Below, piece after piece: positions 7,709 to 15,000 of a DNA stretch of 26,981 nt. The first letter of the stretch is position 1. Each line of letters begins with the position of its first letter. Both the position numbers and the translations under genes were made by a program. Source of the DNA: a virus. Location of the stretch: the IMG/VR virus record IMGVR_UViG_3300045988_122866, positions 1-26,981 of that record. The stretch is one strand, 5' to 3'. Below the pieces are notes generated by a model. The model had not been told where the DNA came from. It ran no database searches and was given only the letters and a program-made list of their open reading frames with translations.

Positions 7709-7968
7709 TCTAAATCCTCTATATGACCGTAGTGTTCGTTGATATGCCATTCAAGATAGGCATTAGTCGCAATCTGAATTTCTCTATCCAGCCAGTTATA
7801 AAAATCCTCGGGGTCGCGGGCCATGCGTTCATCAATGATATCTTTGAGAGAAACGCGGTGAGCAAGGAATTCCGAAATATCAAGAGAATCCATAGAAGAA
7901 AGAAGCTCTTCCACACATTCTCCACGAGTAGAGAACTTTTCAGTAGAAAAATCGTGAGTGTAATACAT
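7705..7968 (-). CDS. Hypothetical protein (87 aa)
   Basis: Track ORF. Lies downstream of module C's minus promoter and has its own promoter at about 7990-8035. Confidence 0.5.
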   Translation of the reverse strand: MYYTHDFSTEKFSTRGECVEELLSSMDSLDISEFLAHRVSLKDIIDERMARDPEDFYNWLDREIQIATNAYLEWHINEHYGHIEDLE

Positions 7969-8087
7969 TGTTTATATCCCCTTTCCTTTACGGTAATCAT
8001 AGTATAGCAGATTATTACATTCTTGTCTATTGACAAAATGCCCAAATTCGGGAAAATAATTAGTTGGACTTTTGGCTAAATTTCCTA

Positions 8088-8240
8088 TTGACAAATTGCT
8101 GGGATGGTGGTATAATGGAATTTCCGGCCGTGGCAGGCGCAAACGGCCGGCCATTTTATCACACTATTGGATTTTTGTCAATAGGCAAAATAAATAAAAT
8201 TTTGAGACGAGATTTGGTTATCTCGTCTCAAAATATTTTT
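8088..8240. promoter_or_regulatory. Leader module copy C. Plus promoter: TTGACA about 8088-8093, N17, TGGTATAAT about 8111-8116. Hairpin 8124-8150 (ccggccg/cggccgg). Minus promoter: -10 about 8153-8158, -35 about 8176-8181. Terminator 8203-8230 (11-bp stem tgagacgagat/atctcgtctca).
   Basis: Same architecture as copies A and B. Track ORF 8064..8261 is an artefact. Confidence 0.7.
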
Positions 8241-8691
8241 AACGTTCAGATACAATGCTGAGGTAGCGGACAATCATATCCATTTCGCAACCCATGTCCT
8301 GCTGGTCGCAAACCGCATAACCCACAAGGTCGCCGTCCGCACAAATCGGGTAAACACCATAAGTGTTATTGAAAACAAATGGCTTTCTTTTAAAATCCCA
8401 CTGGGTCGAAACATAAGGCGGAAAGTTTTCCATACCCCGCAGTTTCACGGTAGTATCATAGATTGCGATGGGACGCAGACCGGAATTCGATGCCATTGTA
8501 ATAGCGGTTCGCAGAGCTTCTTCGGTCAAAGAGCCAAGCACTGAATACCTCTTGAAGCAAACGCAGTCGTTATCTTCAATGAAGATTTCGAGCGGGTCTC
8601 CCTCGCGAATCTTCAAAGTCCGGCGAATCTCTTTCGGAATGACCACACGTCCAAGGTCATCAATTCTGCGGATAATACCAGTAGCTTTCAT
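8239..8691 (-). CDS. AbrB/SpoVT-family (swapped-hairpin) DNA-binding regulator with a C-terminal domain of unknown function
   Basis: N-terminus GIIRRIDDLGRVVIPKEIRRTLKIREGDPLEIF matches the AbrB-N/MazE-like fold. TAA stop immediately followed by module C's terminator. Confidence 0.65.
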   Translation of the reverse strand: MKATGIIRRIDDLGRVVIPKEIRRTLKIREGDPLEIFIEDNDCVCFKRYSVLGSLTEEALRTAITMASNSGLRPIAIYDTTVKLRGMENFPPYVSTQWDFKRKPFVFNNTYGVYPICADGDLVGYAVCDQQDMGCEMDMIVRYLSIVSER

Positions 8692-8755
8692 TTTAATTTT
8701 CCCCTTTCATTTAATACGTTAAGTATAGCAGAATAAAAGGCTTTTGTCAAGCCCT

Positions 8756-9229
8756 TTATTCAAGATTTTTGCTTTCCGCAACAAAATATTTTGCTTCATA
8801 CTGATTGGCGATAGCCTTGACTTTTGCGCTTTCCTTTTGGGTCGCGCAGTAGAAATTGAAAAGCGTATGTTTATCGCTCAATTCAATATAAGAGTGTGGG
8901 ACATCATGTAAGTCAAAGTCAATGGTATTAGTGTATTTTGTTGGGACAGTCAGCTCGACTTTCCATAACCGGTCTTTGCGGGCTTTCTCTTCAATCCACT
9001 TGACAAAGTAGACGCCTACGAAATTACAAACAGCAGTAATAGCCATTTTCAACCAGATAGGCATACCGTCCGCGGAAGTCAGCACAATCACATAGGAATA
9101 AAAACCATAAGTGATAGCGTTGATAAGAGACGCGCTAACTTTTCCGCCGTTGACCGTCAAGATGCTTTTGATAGTTGACAGAATCACATTCACCGCCGTG
9201 CAAAGCGCGAACAGAAGAATTGTATTCAT
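8756..9229 (-). CDS. Membrane protein (157 aa, hydrophobic N-terminal half)
   Basis: Track ORF with several predicted TM segments. TAA stop inside a hairpin-embedded -35 element. Confidence 0.5.
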   Translation of the reverse strand: MNTILLFALCTAVNVILSTIKSILTVNGGKVSASLINAITYGFYSYVIVLTSADGMPIWLKMAITAVCNFVGVYFVKWIEEKARKDRLWKVELTVPTKYTNTIDFDLHDVPHSYIELSDKHTLFNFYCATQKESAKVKAIANQYEAKYFVAESKNLE

Positions 9230-9474
9230 TCTACCACCTCAATATCGCAGTAAATACAGTCGGTAATATCGACGTATTCCTCAAAGCTCATTCTTTTATC
9301 GTCGCGATGGGTGAAGTCGATATAGGCATCTTCGCCATGAAGATTATTCTCTTCGTTATATGCGCGGGTGGCATTGTCAAAAGCCTTAATAGCGTCAGCT
9401 TCATTATAAACTACCACTTCTTTGACTTCGGGAGCATCATACCAAATAGTATATTTCTTTTTCATTATTATCAC
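9226..9474 (-). CDS. Hypothetical protein (82 aa)
   Basis: Track ORF. The 4-nt overlap with 8756..9229 suggests coupling. TGA stop. Confidence 0.5.
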   Translation of the reverse strand: MIIMKKKYTIWYDAPEVKEVVVYNEADAIKAFDNATRAYNEENNLHGEDAYIDFTHRDDKRMSFEEYVDITDCIYCDIEVVE

Positions 9475-9528
9475 CCTTTCCTTTTTCTATTATAATAATA
9501 TCATATTATAATAGAAATGTCAATAGAG

Positions 9529-9693
9529 AGTTTTTAATTTACTCTTTTAATTTTTCTAATAGGTCATCAACACATTCGTAGCTGATACTTCTGCGGTCGC
9601 ACTCGTTGGACAAAGGACAACACGCGCAGTCATTAAAGGTTTCCGTCCAAGCGCGCAACCAGTCAATCAAGCGCAAAGTATTAACTTCCTCAT
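9529..9693 (-). CDS. Micro-ORF, about 54 aa, Cys-rich (…NDCACCPLSNECDRRSISYEC…). Its ATG overlaps the TGA of 9690..10037. Coordinates +/-3.
   Basis: ATGA overlap with the upstream stop. Below the track's size cutoff. Confidence 0.3.
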
Positions 9694-10037
9694 ACATTGT
9701 TATCATTCTCCTTTACTCGGACAAAAAAGACCTTGTTATAGATTTTTGTTGCTTTAAGGTCAATCCAGAAATACACGTTTCCGCATACTCGATAGATTTT
9801 ACAAGTCTCTCCGCTAACCTTTTTGACTTCCTCAAATTTCTCTGGTGTTGTAGGGTGGAAAACCGTCAGTTTGAGAAATATGCAATAGAAAGCCAAAGGA
9901 ACGAAGCCGATAATCATAGCAATCCATGCGAGAACATCAGTTAAAGTGTTTTCCCATTCACACCACTCATCGGTGATTGTAGCGAACGCAATACCCACGC
10001 AAAACGCGAGAATCAACCAATACCATGCAACCATCAT
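9690..10037 (-). CDS. Membrane protein (115 aa)
   Basis: Two or three hydrophobic helices. First gene downstream of module D's minus promoter. TGA stop. Confidence 0.5.
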   Translation of the reverse strand: MMVAWYWLILAFCVGIAFATITDEWCEWENTLTDVLAWIAMIIGFVPLAFYCIFLKLTVFHPTTPEKFEEVKKVSGETCKIYRVCGNVYFWIDLKATKIYNKVFFVRVKENDNNV

Positions 10038-10141
10038 TTTAGTCCCCCTTTATTTGTTGTATACATCTTACCACATTATAGGATTTTTGTCTATTGGCAT
10101 TTTACACAAAAATTCGTGCGAAAATTTGTTGAACTTACCTC

Positions 10142-10265
10142 TTGACAAAAAACTCGGCGCGCCACAGTCGTTCGCGCGCCGACGATTTTATCACATTCAA
10201 GGAACTTTGTCAATAGTCAAAACAAATAAAAAATTCAGGCGAGATTTGGTTATCTCGCCTGAAAA
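10142..10265 (-). promoter_or_regulatory. Leader module copy D. Hairpin 10156-10180 (ggcgcgcc…gcgcgcc). Minus promoter: -10 about 10185-10190, -35 about 10208-10213. Terminator 10237-10260 (aggcgagat/atctcgcct). The plus-strand -10 is deleted.
   Basis: A TTGACA lies on the plus strand at about 10142, but no -10 follows at 17 bp. The rest of the core is conserved. Confidence 0.6.
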
Positions 10266-10493
10266 TTACACGTCCCACATGGCTTCCGCAATCCAGAAGT
10301 ATTCATAGCGGAGCTTTGACTGAATCGCAAACAAAGCGTCCGCAATTTCTCCACCGTCTCTGCGGTCTTCCACATTTGAAAATTCCTTGCTCTCTTTCGC
10401 AATTCTTTGAGCTAATTTTTCAATGGCATCTGCCTGTTCTCTCAAAGCCTGCGGGATAGGTTTTTCATTCATTATTTGTTTCCCCCTTTGCAA
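10266..10493 (-). CDS. Hypothetical protein (75 aa)
   Basis: Track ORF. SD AAAGGGGGAAAC. The TAA stop abuts module D's terminator. Confidence 0.5.
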   Translation of the reverse strand: MQRGKQIMNEKPIPQALREQADAIEKLAQRIAKESKEFSNVEDRRDGGEIADALFAIQSKLRYEYFWIAEAMWDV

Positions 10494-10618
10494 AGTTAGA
10501 GGTTAGCTCTAACGTATGTCCGCATTCATCGCAATACCAATAGTAATAAACTGTTCCATACCGGCCATGAGAAGCATTTACAAATTTCATTTCATTTCCG
10601 CAGATGGAGCAATAGCCG

Positions 10619-10822
10619 TCATTCCATGCCTTTTTTATCGGCATTGTGGTCAGCGACTACTGCGCCCGTCATACCGTAGCCAAGAGCGCACGAAATGAGA
10701 AGACCAACCAACAGTCTGACTATTGGGTGAAATTTATCCATGTTGCACCAACAGACAAGACAGACAAATAGCGCGAGGACTGCACTAAAAATTCCGCCAA
10801 CGATTAAAAATTCCATTCCCAT
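10619..10822 (-). CDS. Small membrane protein (67 aa, two TM helices)
   Basis: Track ORF. Start is coupled (TAAAAATGG) to the upstream micro-ORF. Confidence 0.5.
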   Translation of the reverse strand: MGMEFLIVGGIFSAVLALFVCLVCWCNMDKFHPIVRLLVGLLISCALGYGMTGAVVADHNADKKGME

Positions 10823-10824
10823 TT

Positions 10825-10896
10825 TTATTTCCCCTTTTCACATTTAACGCATTGAGCGTGTGTTCCGCACTTTCCATCACAATAAGGACATTTCAT
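10825..10896 (-). CDS. Micro-ORF, 23 aa, five Cys (MKCPYCDGKCGTHAQCVKCEKGK), zinc-ribbon-like. Coordinates +/-1.
   Basis: SD AAAGGGGAA. Its ATG lies 1 nt after the TAA of the preceding 38-aa ORF. Confidence 0.4.
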   Translation of the reverse strand: MKCPYCDGKCGTHAQCVKCEKGK

Positions 10897-10897
10897 T

Positions 10898-11014
10898 TTA
10901 GTTCCCCTTTCTCAGACTCTCTTCAATTTCTTCCCATTCGCTTCTGAACAATTCAATGTTCGTATTGCCGATACACTCTAAAATAGCTTTAATCTGTTCC
11001 TCAGTAAATTTCAT
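10898..11014 (-). CDS. Micro-ORF, 38 aa (MKFTEEQIKAILECIGNTNIELFRSEWEEIEESLRKGN). Coordinates +/-1.
   Basis: SD AAAGGGGAA. Promoter with hairpin-embedded -35 at about 11046-11078. Confidence 0.4.
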   Translation of the reverse strand: MKFTEEQIKAILECIGNTNIELFRSEWEEIEESLRKGN

Positions 11015-11092
11015 TTTTTTTATTCCCCTTTCCTTTGATACATTAAGTATAGCAGAAAAAGGGCTTTTTGTCAAGCCCTTTTCTTATTTTTT

Positions 11093-11455
11093 TCAATTTT
11101 CTTTTCTAATGGAGTAGTAGCTCCGACTTCCCTTTTTGGTGTAGGTCAACTTTCTGTCAATCCAGCAAAGATGACCACAATACCACGAAATAGTGGCGCA
11201 AGAATATTCCTTGCCAGTCTCACGGTAAAGAATAAACTGAATTTCCGTAGGGCGCAGGGGCTTTTCCGCCTTTGAGAGAACATCGAGCATCATGTTTTTC
11301 ATCATGGTGTTGCGGATTTCCTGTTTCAGTTTCCGCGCTTCCTGGGCTTCTTCATACTGTGAGCAAGCTCTCTCCGCGTGGATTTCATCAATTCCGGTGA
11401 AAGTGCCATTGTCAAGGAATTTCTTCAAAAGGCTATAAGTTTCAAAGTTCATCAT
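11093..11455 (-). CDS. Hypothetical protein with a C-terminal winged-helix-like segment
   Basis: …LRPTEIQFILYRETGKEYSCATISWYCGHLCWIDRKLTYTKKGSRSYYSI looks like a wHTH. TGA stop. Confidence 0.45.
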   Translation of the reverse strand: MMNFETYSLLKKFLDNGTFTGIDEIHAERACSQYEEAQEARKLKQEIRNTMMKNMMLDVLSKAEKPLRPTEIQFILYRETGKEYSCATISWYCGHLCWIDRKLTYTKKGSRSYYSIRKEN

Positions 11456-11555
11456 GTCAGTATTCCCTTTCCTTTATTGTGCTTTTATTATAGCATCTGC
11501 TTTTGAATTTGTCAAGAAGTTTTTTGGAAAAAGAGGGAAAAATTTTCCCTCTTTT

Positions 11556-11825
11556 TTACCACTTTACAGTAAGAATACCGTTTGAGTAAGAAGTGGTATA
11601 GCCATAATTCCGCAAAAGATTTTTCAGAGCTTCTTTTACAGCTTCATCTTCAATGGCAACGAGACAGCGAGACAGATAATTTTCGCCCTTTTCCGCGCGG
11701 TCTTCAATATCTTTCATCAGATTTTCTTCGAGATAGGCACGGGCCGTAGCAGTATCTTCTGCGCGCTTGGCGTCGCGAGTTTCCTTGGCGATAGTTGCTA
11801 TTTCGTGAGCATATTTAATTTCCAT
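11556..11825 (-). CDS. Hypothetical protein (89 aa)
   Basis: Track ORF. Promoter with hairpin-embedded -35 at about 11845-11889. TAA stop. Confidence 0.5.
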   Translation of the reverse strand: MEIKYAHEIATIAKETRDAKRAEDTATARAYLEENLMKDIEDRAEKGENYLSRCLVAIEDEAVKEALKNLLRNYGYTTSYSNGILTVKW

Positions 11826-11903
11826 GGTGTTTCTCCCTTTCCTTTATTGTATCTTTATTGTAGCATATAGGGCTTGTTTTGTCAAGCCCTATATACATTT
11901 TTT

Positions 11904-12212
11904 TTAACAGTAAGCCAGATTCCCGCGCGCCCAGCCATATACGCTGATTTGATTGCACGCCTTGCCAATTTCAAGCGCCTGCTTCTTGGTCTGCACCCTC
12001 TTGGACTTGTCAACATAATAGATGCCGTTCGCAAGCCATACGCCGCAGTTTCCGCCGAAGTCCTTAACCGCATTGATAGCTTCGCGTGCGGTCTTACATT
12101 CAACGCCGTTGGTAGCGACTTGCCAGCCGGACTTGTAGTTGACTTTCTTGCCATATTTGAGAGTCAGGCCGTCATTTTCAGCGAGCTTGCGAATAGAACG
12201 AATGTTAATCAT
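11904..12212 (-). CDS. Hypothetical protein (about 102 aa, start MINIRSIRKL…)
   Basis: SD AAAGGGAT. First gene downstream of module E's minus promoter. TAA stop. Confidence 0.5.
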   Translation of the reverse strand: MINIRSIRKLAENDGLTLKYGKKVNYKSGWQVATNGVECKTAREAINAVKDFGGNCGVWLANGIYYVDKSKRVQTKKQALEIGKACNQISVYGWARGNLAYC

Positions 12213-12341
12213 GTTGTTATCCCTTTCCGGTTTGGTAGGTTTTCCTTCCCTTACTGTGATTATAGTATAGCACCGATTCGGGATTCTGTCTATTGACATT
12301 ATGCACAAACTTTCGCCATAAAAATTTGTGCAATCCGCCTA

Positions 12342-12470
12342 TTGACAAAAACTCGGCGCGCCAGGTCCGTTCGCGCGCCGGCCGATTATACTACAAAGTT
12401 TTGGGACTGTCAATAGACAAAATGACAAAAAAATTCGGCAGGATTTTGTGTATCCTGCCGAATTTTTTTT
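12342..12470 (-). promoter_or_regulatory. Leader module copy E. Hairpin 12355-12379 (ggcgcgcc…gcgcgcc). Minus promoter: -10 TATAAT about 12385-12390, -35 about 12408-12413. Terminator 12434-12462 (11-bp stem ttcggcaggat/atcctgccgaa plus a T8 run).
   Basis: Same core as copy D. The terminator directly follows the TAA of 12469..12663. Confidence 0.6.
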
Positions 12471-12663
12471 AATCTTTCCAACTCTCGATGACTTCACCGG
12501 TCATTGCGTCGATAATGTCAACCGAGAGGACGTTGTCCGCGTCCATAAACTTCTGACCGAGGGCGTATGCATTTTCCTGTCCCGCGACAGACACTTCATA
12601 GCGATAATGCCCCATGTCGCCCGCCTTGTAGTTGTAGTAGTTAACAGAAACAATAAATAACAT
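12469..12663 (-). CDS. Hypothetical small protein (start MLFIVSVNYY…)
   Basis: SD AAAGGGGAT. Promoter at about 12680-12720. TAA stop. Confidence 0.5.
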   Translation of the reverse strand: MLFIVSVNYYNYKAGDMGHYRYEVSVAGQENAYALGQKFMDADNVLSVDIIDAMTGEVIESWKD

Positions 12664-12748
12664 TTGGTTTATCCCCTTTCTTTTTATACTCTTATTATAC
12701 CATAGATTCAAGATTTGTCAAGGACTTTTTTCAAGAAAGAAGCGGGGC

Positions 12749-12940
12749 TTAGTAGCCCCGCTTTTCCAAACGGTCCAGGCGTCCAGCAAGGATTCTCGCA
12801 AGAACGGGCTTTGTCCATTTCATCAGACTATCAGCAGTGCTTTGGCAGTTTGCCCAAACCTCCCAAGTTTGGCCCTCGCGAATAATGTCAGCCTTGCGCA
12901 TCTTCATGAACTTCTCGTAATACATTTCGAAAGTATCCAT
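12749..12940 (-). CDS. Hypothetical small protein (63 aa)
   Basis: Track ORF. TAA stop inside hairpin gcggggct-tagt-agccccgc. Confidence 0.5.
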   Translation of the reverse strand: MDTFEMYYEKFMKMRKADIIREGQTWEVWANCQSTADSLMKWTKPVLARILAGRLDRLEKRGY

Positions 12941-13048
12941 AACTAACCTTTCTGGTGTTTGGGATTTTCCTTTCCCTTTCTGATATTATAATACCACAGA
13001 CCGCAAAGAATGTCAAGTGTTTTTTTTCAAAAAAAAAAGAAAAGTTTT

Positions 13049-13171
13049 TCAACTTCTCTTTCTACGGCGAATCGCTCTCTTTACGCGGTGCTCCACGTAT
13101 TCGATGAGCGCACCCGCGCCGATAACACCAACATAGATAGCGAGAAGAACAAGACCATCGTGAGTAGACAT
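13049..13171 (-). CDS. Micro-ORF, about 40 aa, with one TM helix and a basic tail (MSTHDGLVLLAIYVGVIGAGALIEYVEHRVKRAIRRRKRS). Coordinates +/-2.
   Basis: SD AAGAGGTAAATCAA. Promoter with hairpin-embedded -35 at about 13205-13239. The overlapping plus-strand track ORF 13010..13432 is an artefact. Confidence 0.35.
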   Translation of the reverse strand: MSTHDGLVLLAIYVGVIGAGALIEYVEHRVKRAIRRRKRS

Positions 13172-13251
13172 TTGATTTACCTCTTTCTTTCTTTTGATGT
13201 ATTCATTATACCAAACAAAGGGGCTTTTGTCAAGCCCCTTTTTTATTTTTT

Positions 13252-13530
13252 TTACAGTTCTTTTCCAACCTTAACAAATACGATTTTCTCCGGCAAGACT
13301 TCGATGCCCTTAATGCCCGCTTCATTGACTTCCTTGTTCGTGCAAGTCCACCCAAACTCATCTAATGCGTCCCATTCACCGTTCCCACTGGGAGTCCAAG
13401 TGTTGAATCCGTCATCAATCATCACGTCATAGCCCTTGCTGTAAGTCTCCATAATCTGTTCGATAGTCATTTGTTGTATTCCCCTTTCCTTTGATGATAC
13501 TATTATAGCATTTCGGGATAGGAATGTCAA
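13252..13530 (-). CDS. Hypothetical protein (92 aa)
   Basis: Track ORF. Promoter at about 13495-13530 (TGTCAAG … TATAAT). TAA stop. Confidence 0.5.
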   Translation of the reverse strand: MTFLSRNAIIVSSKERGIQQMTIEQIMETYSKGYDVMIDDGFNTWTPSGNGEWDALDEFGWTCTNKEVNEAGIKGIEVLPEKIVFVKVGKEL

Positions 13531-13653
13531 GTGGTTTTTGGCAAAAAATGGAAAAAATTTTGCTTTAACGCTTTACTGTGGTAAAGTTCGGGCTGGGACG
13601 CCCTACACGCGCACAACGGCGTAAGAGAAAGAGCGGGAAGCCCGCTCCCGCCC

Positions 13654-13863
13654 TTAATACATTTCGCTACTGGGTTCAACTGTGAAATACTCAACATTCC
13701 GCAAGTCGAGCTTGCCATAGGACTTGTCATTATACATTGTAGCACCTGTCGCAAGTAAGTCATTCATCTTACCTGCAATCTCCATAGCGCGCTGTTCCTC
13801 GAACGCCTGCTGGAAGAGATAGCCCTGACCGCCCTTAGTGTAATAAACAATGCCGTAAATCAT
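13654..13863 (-). CDS. Hypothetical protein (69 aa)
   Basis: SD AAAGGGGAA. Terminator gagcggg-aag-cccgctc follows the TAA. Overlapping track ORF 13527..13763 rejected. Confidence 0.5.
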   Translation of the reverse strand: MIYGIVYYTKGGQGYLFQQAFEEQRAMEIAGKMNDLLATGATMYNDKSYGKLDLRNVEYFTVEPSSEMY

Positions 13864-13993
13864 TTTTCATTCCCCTTTCCTTTTGTGATTATAGAATACC
13901 ACATTCTAACTGATTTGTCAAGACCTTTTTGCAAAAAATCTTTGTTAATTTTTTAACAATCTACGCCGTTAGGAAGGGAGCATTACTGCTCCC

Positions 13994-14326
13994 TTATTCT
14001 GCGTAAAGACTCATCAATTCATTTATCTTATCAATGGCTTCATCAATGTCATCGAGGTAGTTGTCTGCCAACATACTTGCATGGCTGGCTTCCTCGTAGT
14101 CATCATACGCGTCGCTGAGTTCCTGTGTGCCAAACTTGTCTGCCTGTTCGAGGGCGTCTACCTCGTGCCATGCCCTCGACATCTCACCACGCTTAACCTG
14201 ACAGTCGCGGAACGCCTGCTTGCTTTCGTTCATTAACCGTTCCTTTTCAGCTTTGAGAGCCTTGTAAAAATCCTGATTAGTCATTTGAGTATTCCCCTTT
14301 CTTATTGTATCTACATTGTAGCACAT
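13994..14326 (-). CDS. Hypothetical acidic protein (110 aa)
   Basis: Track ORF. Promoter at about 14340-14375. Terminator gggagca-ttac-tgctccc after the TAA. Confidence 0.5.
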   Translation of the reverse strand: MCYNVDTIRKGNTQMTNQDFYKALKAEKERLMNESKQAFRDCQVKRGEMSRAWHEVDALEQADKFGTQELSDAYDDYEEASHASMLADNYLDDIDEAIDKINELMSLYAE

Positions 14327-14413
14327 TACCGCGCATTTGTCAAGACCTTTTTTACTCTTCTCTGCTTGTTAATTTTTTAACAATCTTCGCCGATCCGCAA
14401 GAAAGAGAGAGAC

Positions 14414-14779
14414 TTAATAAGCCTCTCTCCATACCTTAATGATTGTATCATCTTCCACAGTATCAGTGTCATTGTCGTTAATCCACAAGAGCAAGAAGTC
14501 GTTGTCATCAATGTTGAGTGCTTCCACGTCCCACAGGTTGCCCTGCTCATCAATGAGCGTCAGGGTATCGCCCTCGCGTGCGTAGACCTCTGCGCCGACG
14601 AAACGAATACTTCCGCGTTCCGTGCCTGCACCGCACCAATTCTCAATGACCGAGAGGTCGTAGGACTGGGGCGCTTCCTCACAGGCTTCCGCGGTTGTGT
14701 GGTCGTGGAGTGGAGTGAAAAGAGATGCGCAGAGAATGATGCCAAGAGCGATGGTGATGATTTTGGAAACGTTTTTCAT
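14414..14779 (-). CDS. Secreted or lipoprotein-like protein with an N-terminal signal peptide
   Basis: MKNVSKIITIALGIILCASLF… then an acidic domain. Promoter at about 14795-14845 (TTGACA-17-TATACT). TAA stop. Confidence 0.5.
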   Translation of the reverse strand: MKNVSKIITIALGIILCASLFTPLHDHTTAEACEEAPQSYDLSVIENWCGAGTERGSIRFVGAEVYAREGDTLTLIDEQGNLWDVEALNIDDNDFLLLWINDNDTDTVEDDTIIKVWREAY

Positions 14780-14929
14780 TTTGATTTACCTCTTTCTTTT
14801 TGATGATACAAGTATAGCACATGGCTACTGGATTGTCAATAGTCATTTTGCACAAATGTGATGGCGTGGTTTCGGGTATTTTGACGATTGTGCATTATGA
14901 CGAAGTTTCGGCGAGAAATTTGTGCAAAC

Positions 14930-15000
14930 TGCTGATTTTTATAAAACTCGGCTCGCCACTACCGCCAGCGAGCCGAGCAACGTTTACCGGGGTGTTTATG
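14930..15000. promoter_or_regulatory. Degenerate leader-module copy F: aaactcgg plus a 10-bp-stem hairpin 14948-14977 (ctcggctcgc/gcgagccgag). No intact flanking promoter.
   Basis: Shares the aaatttgtgcaa…aaactcgg-hairpin context with copies D and E. The conserved -10 box is absent. Confidence 0.4.

Noticed and set aside
13527-13763. Track ORF 13527..13763(-) overlapping 13654..13863
   Set aside because: It spans a terminator hairpin and a promoter. It has no SD. The neighbouring frame has a consensus promoter and SD.
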